Shown: piece after piece, positions 18,118 through 28,954 of the stretch
Numbering within the stretch: position 1 is the first letter of the stretch
Layout of the letters: every line of letters begins with the position of its first letter
From: Ostreococcus lucimarinus
Lineage: Eukaryota
NCBI GenBank assembly: GCA_000092065.1
Contig: CP000581.1
Strand: one strand, 5' to 3'
DNA: 64,000 nt
The notes under the pieces: model-generated
Seen by the model: the letters and a program-made list of their open reading frames with translations, nothing else
Databases searched by the model: none
What the model was told of the DNA's origin: nothing
Translations under genes and position numbers: made by a program

Positions 18118-19164
18118 ATGCTCGTGCTGCCGCGAGACGACGACGCGAGCGACGCGGCGGACGCGCGAACGGCGGTCGCGCGCGCGTGGGGACGGACGTT
18201 GCGCGTCGGGACAGACGAGGAAAAGCTCGAGTGCCTGCGAGAGATGCGAAGACGCGTCGACGACGACGAGGAGTGGACGCGCGCGATCGGGTGCGTCGAT
18301 CAGAGCCTGATGCGCGTGATCGATGGCGATGGATCGTCGAGCGAGGTGCGAGCGAGCGCGTCGGAGGTGTTCGAGGCGTGCTCGAAGCCGCCGCCGGGGG
18401 CGGCGTGGCCGGCGTTCGGGCGCGCGCAAGAGGCGACGTGGGTCGCGGCGCACGTGGGCTCGCAGTGGCGGCCGTTGAGTTTGAGATTGCGCGTGCGAAA
18501 CGATCGAACGGTGTCGGCGATGGTCTGGCACAGTTGTTTAGTTCTCGGAAGATGGTTTTCAAGGGCCGAAGTTGCGCGATGGTTCGCGGACACGTTCGCG
18601 GGAGCGACGAGGCGGTTTTTAGAGATTGGTGGCGGAAACTGCATCGCGGGCATGGCGTTCGCGGCGCAGATCGGCGATGGGAAATGGGACGTAGTGTTGA
18701 CCGACGCTGACGCGGAAGCGGTTCGAAATACGATGTACAACGCGTCGAAGCAGGACAGTTTGCGAAATCGCTCGGTTCGATGCGAGACGCTCGATTGGAA
18801 CGCCGATGAAGATTTCTGCGCGCGACACGGCGCGAGAACGTTTGACGTCATCATAGGTACGGATGTCGTGCACGAAGAGTCCATGGCTCCCGGTGTGTTG
18901 CGCGCCCTCGATAGATACCTGGCTCCGGATGGACTCGCCATCGTCGTCAATCCGGCACCGCACTCGCGAGGGGGCGCGGCGAGCTTCCAGAAATTGCTCG
19001 ATGAGCGCGCGTGGCGCGTCGAGACGCATCACGGTATTTCTAATAGTATCCTATGCGTCGGGATTGAAGAAGAGTGTGAGGATGTACCGCTAGACTTTTA
19101 CGTCATCCGGCGCCGTGAGACAATAGACCTCGACCTGCCGCCGATGCAAAACTTGGGAAAATAG
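18118..19164 (+). CDS. Putative protein-lysine N-methyltransferase (Methyltransf_16 / METTL21-FAM86-like, class I SAM-MTase)
   Basis: [54 protein letters not shown] fits the Methyltransf_16 motif order (GxGxG, acidic residue after beta2, LDW, DxxxGxDVhY). The ORF begins at 18013, and I prefer the ATG at 18118. Confidence 0.65.
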   Translation: MLVLPRDDDASDAADARTAVARAWGRTLRVGTDEEKLECLREMRRRVDDDEEWTRAIGCVDQSLMRVIDGDGSSSEVRASASEVFEACSKPPPGAAWPAFGRAQEATWVAAHVGSQWRPLSLRLRVRNDRTVSAMVWHSCLVLGRWFSRAEVARWFADTFAGATRRFLEIGGGNCIAGMAFAAQIGDGKWDVVLTDADAEAVRNTMYNASKQDSLRNRSVRCETLDWNADEDFCARHGARTFDVIIGTDVVHEESMAPGVLRALDRYLAPDGLAIVVNPAPHSRGGAASFQKLLDERAWRVETHHGISNSILCVGIEEECEDVPLDFYVIRRRETIDLDLPPMQNLGK

Positions 19165-19220
19165 AATCTGTATATTAACAAATCGAGTTGCCTGTGTTGT
19201 ATTATTAACTTATTGTGTGT

Positions 19221-20759
19221 CTATGCCGCACCGATGATACCGATGAGCGCGGCTTGGATGAAAGGCACGGCGACAAGGACGCTGGAGATGATGCCGCTGA
19301 GCGCGTAAGCGAGCGCGCAGTACGGCAACGCATTCGGCTCGCTACCCACGAGCGCGGCGGTACCTAAACCGTGCGCCGAAGCCGCCGTAGCGAGACCTCT
19401 GGTGATCGGATCCTTCGCACCAACCTTGTTGAGAATTGGGATGCACAGAGAGCTACCGATGAGACCGGTGAGAACGACGCCTGCTGCGGTGACGCTCACC
19501 ATCTCCGGATGTCCCAAAAGCGTCGTGACCGGAATTGCCAGCGCCACGGTCACCGACCGCGGAACGAGCGCGGCAGTGAGCGCAGACGACAATCCGAGAT
19601 ATTTACCCGCGACTGCGGTGGTAAACATGGCAAACATGGACGTAGAGACGAGGCATCCGAAAATTTCGACGGCGTGTCGAGCGATGATTTTCCGCGCCTC
19701 AAACACCTTGAACGCAAAGCTCAAGATGACACTCCCCAGGAAAGTCATCAAGATATCGCCAGCGCCGAGACCGGCGATGTTGTTCAGTCCAAACGGAACC
19801 CCGGTGCGATAAAGACCGAGCATACCCATCCACCCGTCACCCGTCACGAGACCGAGCGCTGCCGCGTATACGTTGGCCAAAACCGATGTCGTCACAATCG
19901 GGTTCATCTTCGCCTTAACATCGGGACTGTTGCCGACAAGAAATGAACACACCGTGGCGGCGAGCATTGTCACCACTTTCGCCGAATTCGCGCCCGTCGC
20001 GAGAGCAGCGACGGTGGAGACGGCCAAAATTCCACCCCACATTTTGTAGACGTAATCCTCCGTCGGCGGCGCCGCCTTCGCGGGCGCCACCGGCAAAAGT
20101 GTCGTCCCAGTCATGCCACGAATCGCGTTCGCGCTCGTGGCACTGAAAGCGATCGTACTCACGAACCCCACGACGACGATCACTAAAACTTTCGCGATGG
20201 CGCTCGGCGCGATTTTCGTCAGCACCAACGGCGTCACAACCAGGCTCGGCACGTAAAACACCGGCAACCACGACGTAATCCAATTCAGCGCTGGACTCAC
20301 CGTGCTCTTCAGTTTATTAGCTGCGTCCTCGCCGACGAGTTTCTCCGTCACCATCAAAATCACCAGCGCCCCGAACATGCCGATAAGCGCGCTCGGAAAG
20401 CTCACGCCCGCGGCTTTCAGCCCGTTCTCGAGTCCTTTATCCAGCGCGAAGAGCGCGCCGACCGACGCGACGAGATGCGCGTGCTCGCGCGCCTCCGTCG
20501 CGCGCGTCGCGACGGATGTGCGCGCGTGCGGTCGTGCGAGCGGCACGACGCGCGCGGTCGCGCGTCTTCGCGGCGGCACGACAGTCTTTCGTTCGTCGCG
20601 TCCCAACGCTGGGACAACTGTCCCGAACGACGCGGTCGAGACGCGCGCGGACGCGTGCGGGCGCACGCCGGTCGTTCGCGCGCGACGAATCGATCGTGCG
20701 TGGGTGTTTACGCGCGCGGGTGACGCGAGCGTTCGCGCGAGCATGTTTAAGACGTTCAC
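19221..20759 (-). CDS. PLGG1: Plastidial glycolate/glycerate translocator PLGG1-like (fused LrgA/LrgB family) membrane protein with a transit-peptide-like N-terminus
   Basis: 512-aa polytopic membrane protein. The N-terminus is Arg/Ala/Ser/Thr-rich. LrgB-type motifs include ALVPRSVTVALAIPV and GHPEMVSVTAAGVVLTGLIGS. PLGG1 is specific to the green lineage. Confidence 0.75.
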   Translation of the reverse strand: MNVLNMLARTLASPARVNTHARSIRRARTTGVRPHASARVSTASFGTVVPALGRDERKTVVPPRRRATARVVPLARPHARTSVATRATEAREHAHLVASVGALFALDKGLENGLKAAGVSFPSALIGMFGALVILMVTEKLVGEDAANKLKSTVSPALNWITSWLPVFYVPSLVVTPLVLTKIAPSAIAKVLVIVVVGFVSTIAFSATSANAIRGMTGTTLLPVAPAKAAPPTEDYVYKMWGGILAVSTVAALATGANSAKVVTMLAATVCSFLVGNSPDVKAKMNPIVTTSVLANVYAAALGLVTGDGWMGMLGLYRTGVPFGLNNIAGLGAGDILMTFLGSVILSFAFKVFEARKIIARHAVEIFGCLVSTSMFAMFTTAVAGKYLGLSSALTAALVPRSVTVALAIPVTTLLGHPEMVSVTAAGVVLTGLIGSSLCIPILNKVGAKDPITRGLATAASAHGLGTAALVGSEPNALPYCALAYALSGIISSVLVAVPFIQAALIGIIGAA

Positions 20760-20838
20760 GCGCGATTGTGGGGAATCGCATTGGGGGCCTCAGTTGGTTA
20801 GCGACGAACCACGGCGAGCGAGCGTCGTTCGTGTATTG

Positions 20839-20843
20839 ATTAC
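20839..20843 (-). promoter_or_regulatory. TGTAA (minus strand) 3 nt after the CSC1/OSCA-like stop codon
   Basis: The minus strand reads TGAtTGTAAtca. This leaves under 90 bp between it and the PLGG1-like start codon. Confidence 0.35.
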
Positions 20844-20845
20844 AA

Positions 20846-23800
20846 TCAGTTGTTCTTGGACGTCACGCCCGGATAACCGCGCCAGACCTTGCCGATATCC
20901 GGGAACCATCCCGAGGCGGCGGGGCGAAGCGCGGGATGGGTGTAGATTTCGCCACCGAAATCTGTCGGCGGCGCCGCAGTGGCTTCGCTGAGAGGGACGG
21001 CCCAAGAGCTCGCGCTGCCGAATTCGGCGCGGAACTTTCTGTAGACCTTGAAGAGGTAATAGGGGACGGTGGCGTACAAAACGGCGCCTTGAATGTACGC
21101 CTGTTTGCTGAATAGCACGCAGGACAAGAACGTCTGGGCGACGACGAGAGACAGGATGACGAGCTGAGTAAACGTGAACCATACCGAACCGTTTGATTCG
21201 TATCCTCGCTCGTACACGTACAAGACGTGGTAACGCCAGATGACGAAGTTGGTGATGTAAAACAAGGCGGCGGCGAGTGGAATGAGCGGTGCGATGCAAA
21301 CGAATGTCAAACCAATGACCATGATGAGCATAAAGACGCCGGTTTCGCGACCCATGCGAACGGCTCGTGGAGAGTACAGACGAGTCTTGTCTCGCGACGT
21401 TCGCGCGCACGAGCCGCGTTTTTCGCACCAGAAAATATCAGCCGCCAGACAGAATGATCCCGGGTGGGGGAGCAACAGGCGCTGCACGGGGAGGTAGATT
21501 GCGCGGAAAACGATGAAAAGCAAGAAGAAATTGCTGCTCAGCGGCAAGACGCGACCAAATTGTAACTGTACCTCGTTCAACGAAACGTTGCTCGAGCTAA
21601 GCGTCGTCGTGAAGAGACTTAACGCGCCGCCAAAGATACCTCCAAGCAATACGTTCAACGCCCCCCACGCCCAATAGAAACGTAGAAATCGACGATCTGT
21701 AGCGGCTAACGATACATGAACGTTTTGTCTCTGCACCAAATACATCATGTAGAAGGAGATGACAAAAACTTCCCAGAGCGTAAGGATAATCGGTGGGAGG
21801 ACGCCCGAGATTATCGCGGCGTAAACCTTGGCATCATCCGAGCAATACCAGTCCAAAGCTGCCCCGCTATTGATAACATCATCTCCTTCGCGCACCTGAC
21901 ACACACTGGTCACCGCTGTCGCGAACATACCGGTCGGGAAGATCATCAAAGCTATGATGAAGGGCCAGATAGCGAGCGCTCGGGCACGGTTATCTGTCGA
22001 ATTGTGTAGAAGCGTCGGCCAATTGACGTCATCCGGACCGGGTGCGGGTAGAGCGCGGTATACTCTGTGCGACGCGCGCGAAATAACACACTGCGCTGCC
22101 GTACTCGCGGAGACCTGGTTTTCAAAGACTGCAAAGGCGCAAGGTCCCGGGGACCCTTCCCAAGTCGTCTTGCGCACGCAGATGATTGCCTCATCAATTG
22201 CTTCGAGCTGCGCTTCCAAAACCGCAACCTGCTCTGACAACGCGAGCTTACGCAAATTTTTCGGAGGCCTAAGCACATCGGCGAAAGCTTTTTTGAATTC
22301 TTTCCAGTTGTGGCCCAATTGCAATGTTCCTTTTTCAACCTCGCAAAGTCTCGTCCCAAATTTGTACGTCAACGCCTTCGGCGACTGCGTTTCCGGTATC
22401 ATGCCCTCGCGCGCCATTAACATCCTAATTCTCGTTATCATATTCTTACATTCATCACGGCTGTCCAAAAGCGCATCCGCTGGACGGTGATCAAAGATGG
22501 GTATTAAGCCTCTGAACTCATCGCCGTAAATATACTCGAGCGTCGCCTCAACTTCTCGCAAGCCGCGTACTCTCACCTCTTCGCCATTTTCGCCCATGGC
22601 TCGAACGAATGGGATATCGGTGATTAAAACCGTGTAGCTGGACGCCCAGACACTCACGATTTGATTCGTGTTCGTATCAAACGCGTTGACGGTGCGTATA
22701 CTGTCAACATCGGGCACCGCCGACGGAGCTTCTTGTAGATAATCGCCCACGCACAAGGACGCCCGCGTCACCGGAGACGTCGCGCTGAGAGGAGACTCTG
22801 GATCGTCGAATAAAGATGTCAGATTTCTCTTCGGCTCTTCGCCCTCCATCGTTTGTCGCTCTGGAACTTCTAGTGGTCGTCCATCAGTGCGAGGATTAGG
22901 TTTGGATCCCGTTCCTTTAAACTGGTGCGTAACGTCCAGGCCGACCCACCAATCGTGCGCGATCGATGTTTCGGCGCGAATTTGGACACCTTCACTGCCA
23001 CGGCCGCCGCAGCGAACGGCCTCGCCCGCGTCTTCGAGAGACTTTACTCTCGCGAGCGCTTTCTTCACAGCTGGAGTGAGCGCAATATTCTCCACAGGCA
23101 AGTCCTCCATCGTAGGCATTCGATTGTGTTTACCACGTCGCGGCGATTTCGTAGGGCTTACGAGCCAGGCCAAATTGTCAGCACTCCCTCGTTGATTGAT
23201 GACACCTTCCATGAGCTGCTTCGTGCCGATATCTTCGCGAGAAGTCACGCGGTGCATACCAGACGCCTGCGCCGCCTCGTGCTCTCGAAGCGTTTGACTA
23301 ACGGAAGCCGGCATCGCTCCCAACGATCCAAACGAACCCATCCGGAGCTTTCGTCGTTCTCTTCGTTTAGCAACTGCTGGCGGCTCTGAAACAGGCGGAT
23401 TGACATTCAGATCCAGGTCGTCCGAGTTTTCACCCGAAGTAAACGAAGTAAAGTGCCGTGATTCCGTCACCGGTCCCGGCTCTGTTTTGTTTTCAGGTTG
23501 TGAAGAAGCTTGACTCGTCGACGCCCGGCCGAGCGTCGGTGTTACAGGTACCGAAGGTCTCCGGGCCATTTGGCGATCGTCTGCGTCGGCAGATGCGGGC
23601 GACTTGAACAAAGTTCCAGCTCCCTTCAAGCCTTGCGCGACGTTGCCAACCTGCGGAGGCGTGAGTCGCCGCGCTGTCGGCCCACCAAAAGGCGATAGAT
23701 GAGGGGTACTCGCGAAAGGTGATATCTTCACCGTCGATGACGCTAGCGTATCGCCATATGCATGCGTGGGCGATGGCTCAGTGTCGAGCTCGTGCAAACT

Positions 23801-24685
23801 CTGACGCCGCTCTTTATCTTCAAGCCTCTTGTCTACGAGCCGTGTCGACGCCGCGCGAGTGAGCAACGACTTTGCCTTGTGTGAAGTTACGTCCACAGCG
23901 CGCTTCAACAAGCCTCTTTGCTCATCTTCATACTCGTCCATCGCCGCCAGCGCATCGCATGCCGCGTTAATGTCGTCTGAATTGGCACTTTTCATCTTGC
24001 GCAATTCATCGTCGTCGATTTCAGCTCCCGCCTGCGTTCCTTGCACGAGCAACTGCTCTATGAAGTTCGACGGTTGGTGCACCACTCGCCACAGATTGGT
24101 GTCGCCGCGAGTGGTTAAATAAAGTGTTCTAAGTACCACAAACGTCGCACTGTGCTGCTTCAGAAGCCAAGTCGTGTATAAGACCATCAACCACATCCCC
24201 ACAGTGTGCAACCAAAGCACGCCTTGCTTACCTGGTATGTTTGCCACCGTTGTTAAGATCAACCCGCCTGGCACTTCCGCAGTCGTGTTCACTTTCGCGA
24301 CAATATACTGTGCGTGTTGGCGCACCATATCGTCCCCGTTCACGTGAATAGGCAACAAAATCATCATTGAAAAAATCGACAACGGCACGAATAATTGTAA
24401 CCCGAACTGACACACGCGTAAAAACGCAAACGCATCCAGCCCCGCCGTCTGGATCAGCGTCTTATCGTCCACGCGCAAAATGTGCGGAATCCAACCAAAG
24501 TAGTATCGCATCACACGCTTAAACACGCCGTCTTTTGTCGTACCATCGCGCTTCCGCGAGTGAAACGGCGGCGGCGGCTTCGTCAAATTTCGCAGTCGCA
24601 ACCGTCCGAAATAAATAGGCATCACGTGTCGCATGCGTCCGAAGAGAAGCAACCCCAAGAACGCGATTGTGGCGTAAATGCCCAA
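20846..24685 (-). CDS. CSC1/OSCA/TMEM63-family (DUF221) hyperosmolality-gated cation channel homologue with a long inserted cytoplasmic region
   Basis: N-terminus MGIYATIAFLGLLLFG (TM0), then VMRYYFGWIPHILRVDDKTLIQTAGLDAFAFLRVCQFGLQLFVPLSIFSMMILLPIHVNG, the late-exocytosis/RSN1_TM signature. The C-terminal half is a 7-TM DUF221 block: ..IWPFIIALMIFPTGMF.., ..VFMLIMVIGLTFVCIAPLIPLAAALFYITNFVIWRYHVLYVY.. The middle ~450 aa is Ser/Pro/Ala-rich low complexity. Confidence 0.8.
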   Translation of the reverse strand: MGIYATIAFLGLLLFGRMRHVMPIYFGRLRLRNLTKPPPPFHSRKRDGTTKDGVFKRVMRYYFGWIPHILRVDDKTLIQTAGLDAFAFLRVCQFGLQLFVPLSIFSMMILLPIHVNGDDMVRQHAQYIVAKVNTTAEVPGGLILTTVANIPGKQGVLWLHTVGMWLMVLYTTWLLKQHSATFVVLRTLYLTTRGDTNLWRVVHQPSNFIEQLLVQGTQAGAEIDDDELRKMKSANSDDINAACDALAAMDEYEDEQRGLLKRAVDVTSHKAKSLLTRAASTRLVDKRLEDKERRQSLHELDTEPSPTHAYGDTLASSTVKISPFASTPHLSPFGGPTARRLTPPQVGNVAQGLKGAGTLFKSPASADADDRQMARRPSVPVTPTLGRASTSQASSQPENKTEPGPVTESRHFTSFTSGENSDDLDLNVNPPVSEPPAVAKRRERRKLRMGSFGSLGAMPASVSQTLREHEAAQASGMHRVTSREDIGTKQLMEGVINQRGSADNLAWLVSPTKSPRRGKHNRMPTMEDLPVENIALTPAVKKALARVKSLEDAGEAVRCGGRGSEGVQIRAETSIAHDWWVGLDVTHQFKGTGSKPNPRTDGRPLEVPERQTMEGEEPKRNLTSLFDDPESPLSATSPVTRASLCVGDYLQEAPSAVPDVDSIRTVNAFDTNTNQIVSVWASSYTVLITDIPFVRAMGENGEEVRVRGLREVEATLEYIYGDEFRGLIPIFDHRPADALLDSRDECKNMITRIRMLMAREGMIPETQSPKALTYKFGTRLCEVEKGTLQLGHNWKEFKKAFADVLRPPKNLRKLALSEQVAVLEAQLEAIDEAIICVRKTTWEGSPGPCAFAVFENQVSASTAAQCVISRASHRVYRALPAPGPDDVNWPTLLHNSTDNRARALAIWPFIIALMIFPTGMFATAVTSVCQVREGDDVINSGAALDWYCSDDAKVYAAIISGVLPPIILTLWEVFVISFYMMYLVQRQNVHVSLAATDRRFLRFYWAWGALNVLLGGIFGGALSLFTTTLSSSNVSLNEVQLQFGRVLPLSSNFFLLFIVFRAIYLPVQRLLLPHPGSFCLAADIFWCEKRGSCARTSRDKTRLYSPRAVRMGRETGVFMLIMVIGLTFVCIAPLIPLAAALFYITNFVIWRYHVLYVYERGYESNGSVWFTFTQLVILSLVVAQTFLSCVLFSKQAYIQGAVLYATVPYYLFKVYRKFRAEFGSASSWAVPLSEATAAPPTDFGGEIYTHPALRPAASGWFPDIGKVWRGYPGVTSKNN

Positions 24686-25177
24686 ACTACGTTTCGCGCG
24701 CGCGTCGCGCCTCGTCGTCAGTCGTTTTTTCGAGCGCGTGTCGAGTCAACGTCGGTAAAAGTTCGTTTAAACGCTCGTCCGTGTCCCAAAGCTCTCTCGA
24801 CGCGCGCGTCGCGTCGCGCGCGCGCGGCGCGCGGTCACGACGTGAGGTTGCCGCATTATACGCGTCATCACGCACCCAACGTATATATCGCGGTCGCTCG
24901 TCGCGAAACGAACGCATGAAGTTCCGCTGCAGCCACTGCCGCTGGACGCGCCGCTCATGTCGCCGGAAGACGACGGAGCGCGCGAGACGATGCGACGGTG
25001 CGAGCGTTAGATGCGCAGACGCGATGTCGTTCGGTTCGACCGCGGCCTGTCGGCTCGCGCGCTGCCGCGCGCGCGGACGTGTGCGGCGCATGTAGGGGCG
25101 CATGTAGGCGCCAGCTGGAGGCGACGAGGCGTGGAGAGTTGGTCCAAGTCAGTTGGATTCGTTCTACTAAATGTCTT

Positions 25178-28100
25178 CTAAGCCTCGGTCAAAGATAACC
25201 GAGGTGCTATGTTCATGGATTGCAACTCTTGGAATAAGAGCTTGCACGCGTACGGGAGCTTTAACGTCGCGACTTCGGCCTCAGTTTTGCACAGCGTGCA
25301 CGCGTTCCTGCGGGTGATGTGGTGCTGGAATCCGAGCAAGCCGCACTTGGTGCAGACTTGCGCTTCGAATTGATCGGAAGAGATCATCAAACGCTCCAAA
25401 ATAAGTTGTGATGCGCCATAACCGATGAGGCAATCGCGTTCCATCTCGCCGAGGCGCAAACCACCGTCGCGGGCTCGACCTTCGGTGGGTTGGCGTGTGA
25501 GGACGACGCGAGGACCGCGCGCGCGAGCGTGCATCTTGTCCTGAACCATGTGTTTGAGCTTTTGATAGTACACTGGACCCATGAAAACGTTGACTTCAAG
25601 CGCTTCGCCGGTGATTCCACAGTGAAGCATGTCCTTGCCTTTGTAAGAGTACCCGGATTCAACCAAGGTTTGTTGAATGGCTTCAACCGTGTCTCCACCA
25701 AACGCGGTTCCGTCGTGGAAGCGGCCGCTCTCGAGTCCAGCCTTACCGCCGAGAAGTTCGATCATCTTTCCGACCGTCATACGTGACGGGAACCCGTGCG
25801 GGTTCATGATGAGGTCAGGAGTAATCCCACGTTCGCTGAACGGGAAATCTTCCTGATCGAGGATGATGCCGCAAACGCCTTTCTGGCCATGACGAGAAGA
25901 AAACTTATCACCAACTTCTGGTCGACGCGTCTGACGCACGAGCGTCTTGATATTGAATTGCCCTTCATCCGTCATTGTGAGTAAGACTTTATCAACAATC
26001 GCCGATTCACCTGCGGGACCTTTGTATGAAAGCGGATTCGAGCGATACATGGTGTCTGGCATCGCGTGCGGATTCGCCATCGGATCCCGAGTGTTCACCG
26101 GCGTTTGCTTGTTGACATAAATGTCACCAGGCTTGATGCGACCACCGACGGCGGCGATGCCATCATCATCTAATAAGTGATGTCGACTATTTTGGTTCGC
26201 GCGATGATCATCTTTGGGCCCGACGATTCGGTCCATGGTTCTATTGCTATACTTTTTCACCTGCGCAGAGTATTTGCGCAACACCGTGCACCGGCCAAAA
26301 CCTCGGTCAAGAGACGCGCGATTCATCACGATGGCGTCTTCGATGTCGTACCCACTATACGACATCACGGCAATTGTCGCATTTTGACCCGCACCGAGAC
26401 GATCATAGCCTATTAACTCTATGGTCTTTGTCTTGACGATTGGCTTTTGCGGGTATACGAGCAAGTACATCAACGTGTCCATTCGGTTTAATTGATTGAA
26501 CGCAATATTACCCATCGCTTGCTTACCCATGGCGCATTGATATGTATTTCGCGGTGACTGATTGTGATGAGGATACGGGATGATGCCAGCACAAACGCCA
26601 AGCAAAGTGAAAGGTTCAATCTCCAAGTGCGTCGTCTCGTCGTTCACCTCGTCTTCGTACAACGCAATGTACGAATTGTTCTCTTCATTCACGTCCAGGT
26701 ACTCGACTAATCCTTCGCGTAGGAAATCATTGAACGTACGATGACCATCTTTCAGCTCGTCGAGATGTTCTTGAGTCAGTAAAGGCTCACCACGCTCGAT
26801 GATGATGAGTGGTCGACACACTCGTCCACCGTCTGAAGAAATGTACACGCATCCATCCGCAGTGTACACAGAAACGAACTCACCAATTCGCCCCGCCCGT
26901 CGCAGCTTTCTAAACGCGTGCGAGAACGCTTCGGGTTGCGCGTGCACGCCGAGCAGGGAACCGTTCATCAAAACGTGCGCACCAGACGGCGAATGCATCT
27001 CACCGGCGTTTAACCACGTAAGCGGTTCTACACCGAGCGCGTGTGCTAAACGGCGAAGCGGCTCCTCCTCGTCATCCGTCGTGACGTGCGTCATCAGCGC
27101 CAAGTTTTTTACGAGCCCGCATGACTCTCCTTCGGGAGTGTCACTCGGGCAGAGCATCCCCCATTGACTCGGTTGTAACGCCCGCGGACCGGAAACCTTT
27201 CTGGTCTTTTCAAACTGAGACGTTATGCGCGTCATCATACCGAGCGCGCTGATGAAACTCAGTCGACTCAGCACTTGAGTCACGCCTTTTCGTTCCATTC
27301 TAAAACGCTTTACCGTCCAGTTACCGCTCGAAATTGCGTGTTCCAGGCCGTTACTCAGGGTGTCTTGACGAATGCACTTTAAGATGTCAAACTGCGTCGC
27401 ACGATTTGCTTTGGAAAGCACGGCGTCGGCTTGTCGCTTCAAATCAGCGTTCAAACGTTTGAAGCAATCTTCAAACAATAGGGCAATGAGCTGACCGGCG
27501 AGTTCAAGACGCTTGTTACCATAGTAGTCCTTGTCATCGATCTGCGTCGGGTCGAGCATCGCGTTCAGAATTCTGCGAACCATGATGGAAATGTAAGCGC
27601 ACTTTTGCCTAAAGTCATACGACGTCACGGGCACGTGTGCGAGTACGACGCCGGCAAGAATGTCGCGCGCTTCATCTACGCGCGATCTACCGAAGTTTCG
27701 CACACCCGGTCTATTCGTCATGTGCGTCTTCACCACGCGCACCTTGTTCGCGCAATACTCTAGCGCCTGCTGCGTAGTGAAAACTCCAGCTGCTTGACAC
27801 TCCTGTAAAGTCGGCCCCAAAAGCATCGCGTACGCTGGTTCCGATCCGATCATTTGCACCGCTTCTTGATCGCTCTCCAACCCCATTGCCTTGAGAACGA
27901 TCATGATTGGAATGTCGTCCGCAAACGTGTTGTGTCGAAGGTAGAACTTTCCGTGCTTGACTACGATGTTTGTCTTACTCTTCCGTTCGTGCGTCGACGA
28001 AGTCACCGATGCCCCAATCTCTCCTTTGGCGTCGACTTCTATGATAATTCTATTCTTGCTCAACTGCTCTTGAATCAAAATCACTTTCTCCACGCCCTTG

Positions 28101-28936
28101 ACGATGAAGTATCCACCCGGATCCAACGGACACTCCCCCAACCTCGCCAATTCGTCCTCATTTTTTCCGGTCAACACACACCGCGAGCTTCGCAGCATCA
28201 AAGGAATCCGTCCAATAACGACGCCACCCACACCATTCTTCGCCTGACGCGTCACGATCTCCTTCCCACGCGTGTACTCCACATCCACCGTAATCGGCGC
28301 CGCGTACGTCATGTCTCGCAATCGACACTGCTGCGGCGTTATTTCCTCCACCACGTAATCTTCCTCCACGCTCGGTCGTCCAACGTGTATATTCGTGTAC
28401 TTCAGGTAAAAGTTTGGATCACTATCGCACGTCACTCGCTCGTTCGCCTTGGCGTGAATGATTTTTTTGATCTCCTCGTTCACCAGGTAGTTGAACGAGT
28501 CGATGTGCTGCCTGACCAGCCCTCTCACCTTGAGAAACGCCGGCAGGAGCTCGTATTTATCCTCCAACGTCGCGATCGGAGCGGTGATCTTCGAGGGGTC
28601 GCGCGTGAGGCAGTCCATGGCGCTCGCATCGCTCGCATCCGGCGCTCGCGCGCTCGATTTGCGCGGCTTTTTCGCGCCGCCGCCGGTATTCGTCATGCCG
28701 GCGGCGATGTCGTCGATCGTCGCGTCGCTCGCGCGCTGTGACGGCGCGCGACTGCGCACGGCGCGGCGAACGGTCGATCGATCGCGTTCGGTGCGCCGCG
28801 AAGCGCGTCGGGCGTCGCGGCCGACGATCGAGGCGCTGCGAGGCGCGGTATGACGCGCCGCCCCAGAGAGCACAAGCCTCGAGCGGGACGAAGGCGGACG
28901 CGAGGCGAGGCGAACGGCGCTTCGAGATGCGAGCAA
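25178..28936 (-). CDS. RPC2: DNA-directed RNA polymerase III second-largest subunit (RPC2/POLR3B); the start is probably internal, e.g. the ATG at 28618
   Basis: Collinear with human POLR3B throughout: [185 protein letters not shown], and the C-terminal zinc ribbon [13 protein letters not shown]. The first ~100 codons of the ORF are Arg/Ser-rich low complexity. Confidence 0.9.
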   Translation of the reverse strand: MLASRSAVRLASRPPSSRSRLVLSGAARHTAPRSASIVGRDARRASRRTERDRSTVRRAVRSRAPSQRASDATIDDIAAGMTNTGGGAKKPRKSSARAPDASDASAMDCLTRDPSKITAPIATLEDKYELLPAFLKVRGLVRQHIDSFNYLVNEEIKKIIHAKANERVTCDSDPNFYLKYTNIHVGRPSVEEDYVVEEITPQQCRLRDMTYAAPITVDVEYTRGKEIVTRQAKNGVGGVVIGRIPLMLRSSRCVLTGKNEDELARLGECPLDPGGYFIVKGVEKVILIQEQLSKNRIIIEVDAKGEIGASVTSSTHERKSKTNIVVKHGKFYLRHNTFADDIPIMIVLKAMGLESDQEAVQMIGSEPAYAMLLGPTLQECQAAGVFTTQQALEYCANKVRVVKTHMTNRPGVRNFGRSRVDEARDILAGVVLAHVPVTSYDFRQKCAYISIMVRRILNAMLDPTQIDDKDYYGNKRLELAGQLIALLFEDCFKRLNADLKRQADAVLSKANRATQFDILKCIRQDTLSNGLEHAISSGNWTVKRFRMERKGVTQVLSRLSFISALGMMTRITSQFEKTRKVSGPRALQPSQWGMLCPSDTPEGESCGLVKNLALMTHVTTDDEEEPLRRLAHALGVEPLTWLNAGEMHSPSGAHVLMNGSLLGVHAQPEAFSHAFRKLRRAGRIGEFVSVYTADGCVYISSDGGRVCRPLIIIERGEPLLTQEHLDELKDGHRTFNDFLREGLVEYLDVNEENNSYIALYEDEVNDETTHLEIEPFTLLGVCAGIIPYPHHNQSPRNTYQCAMGKQAMGNIAFNQLNRMDTLMYLLVYPQKPIVKTKTIELIGYDRLGAGQNATIAVMSYSGYDIEDAIVMNRASLDRGFGRCTVLRKYSAQVKKYSNRTMDRIVGPKDDHRANQNSRHHLLDDDGIAAVGGRIKPGDIYVNKQTPVNTRDPMANPHAMPDTMYRSNPLSYKGPAGESAIVDKVLLTMTDEGQFNIKTLVRQTRRPEVGDKFSSRHGQKGVCGIILDQEDFPFSERGITPDLIMNPHGFPSRMTVGKMIELLGGKAGLESGRFHDGTAFGGDTVEAIQQTLVESGYSYKGKDMLHCGITGEALEVNVFMGPVYYQKLKHMVQDKMHARARGPRVVLTRQPTEGRARDGGLRLGEMERDCLIGYGASQLILERLMISSDQFEAQVCTKCGLLGFQHHITRRNACTLCKTEAEVATLKLPYACKLLFQELQSMNIAPRLSLTEA

Positions 28937-28954
28937 AGACGCGCGAGGACGTGA

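Noticed and set aside
24860-25112. TATA-like tatatatc at about 24878 and the direct repeat gcgcatgtagg x2 at 25086-25112 in the OSCA-like upstream region
   Set aside because: They may be promoter elements, but a single short AT-rich motif and an 11-bp duplication are too weak to call as features without expression data.
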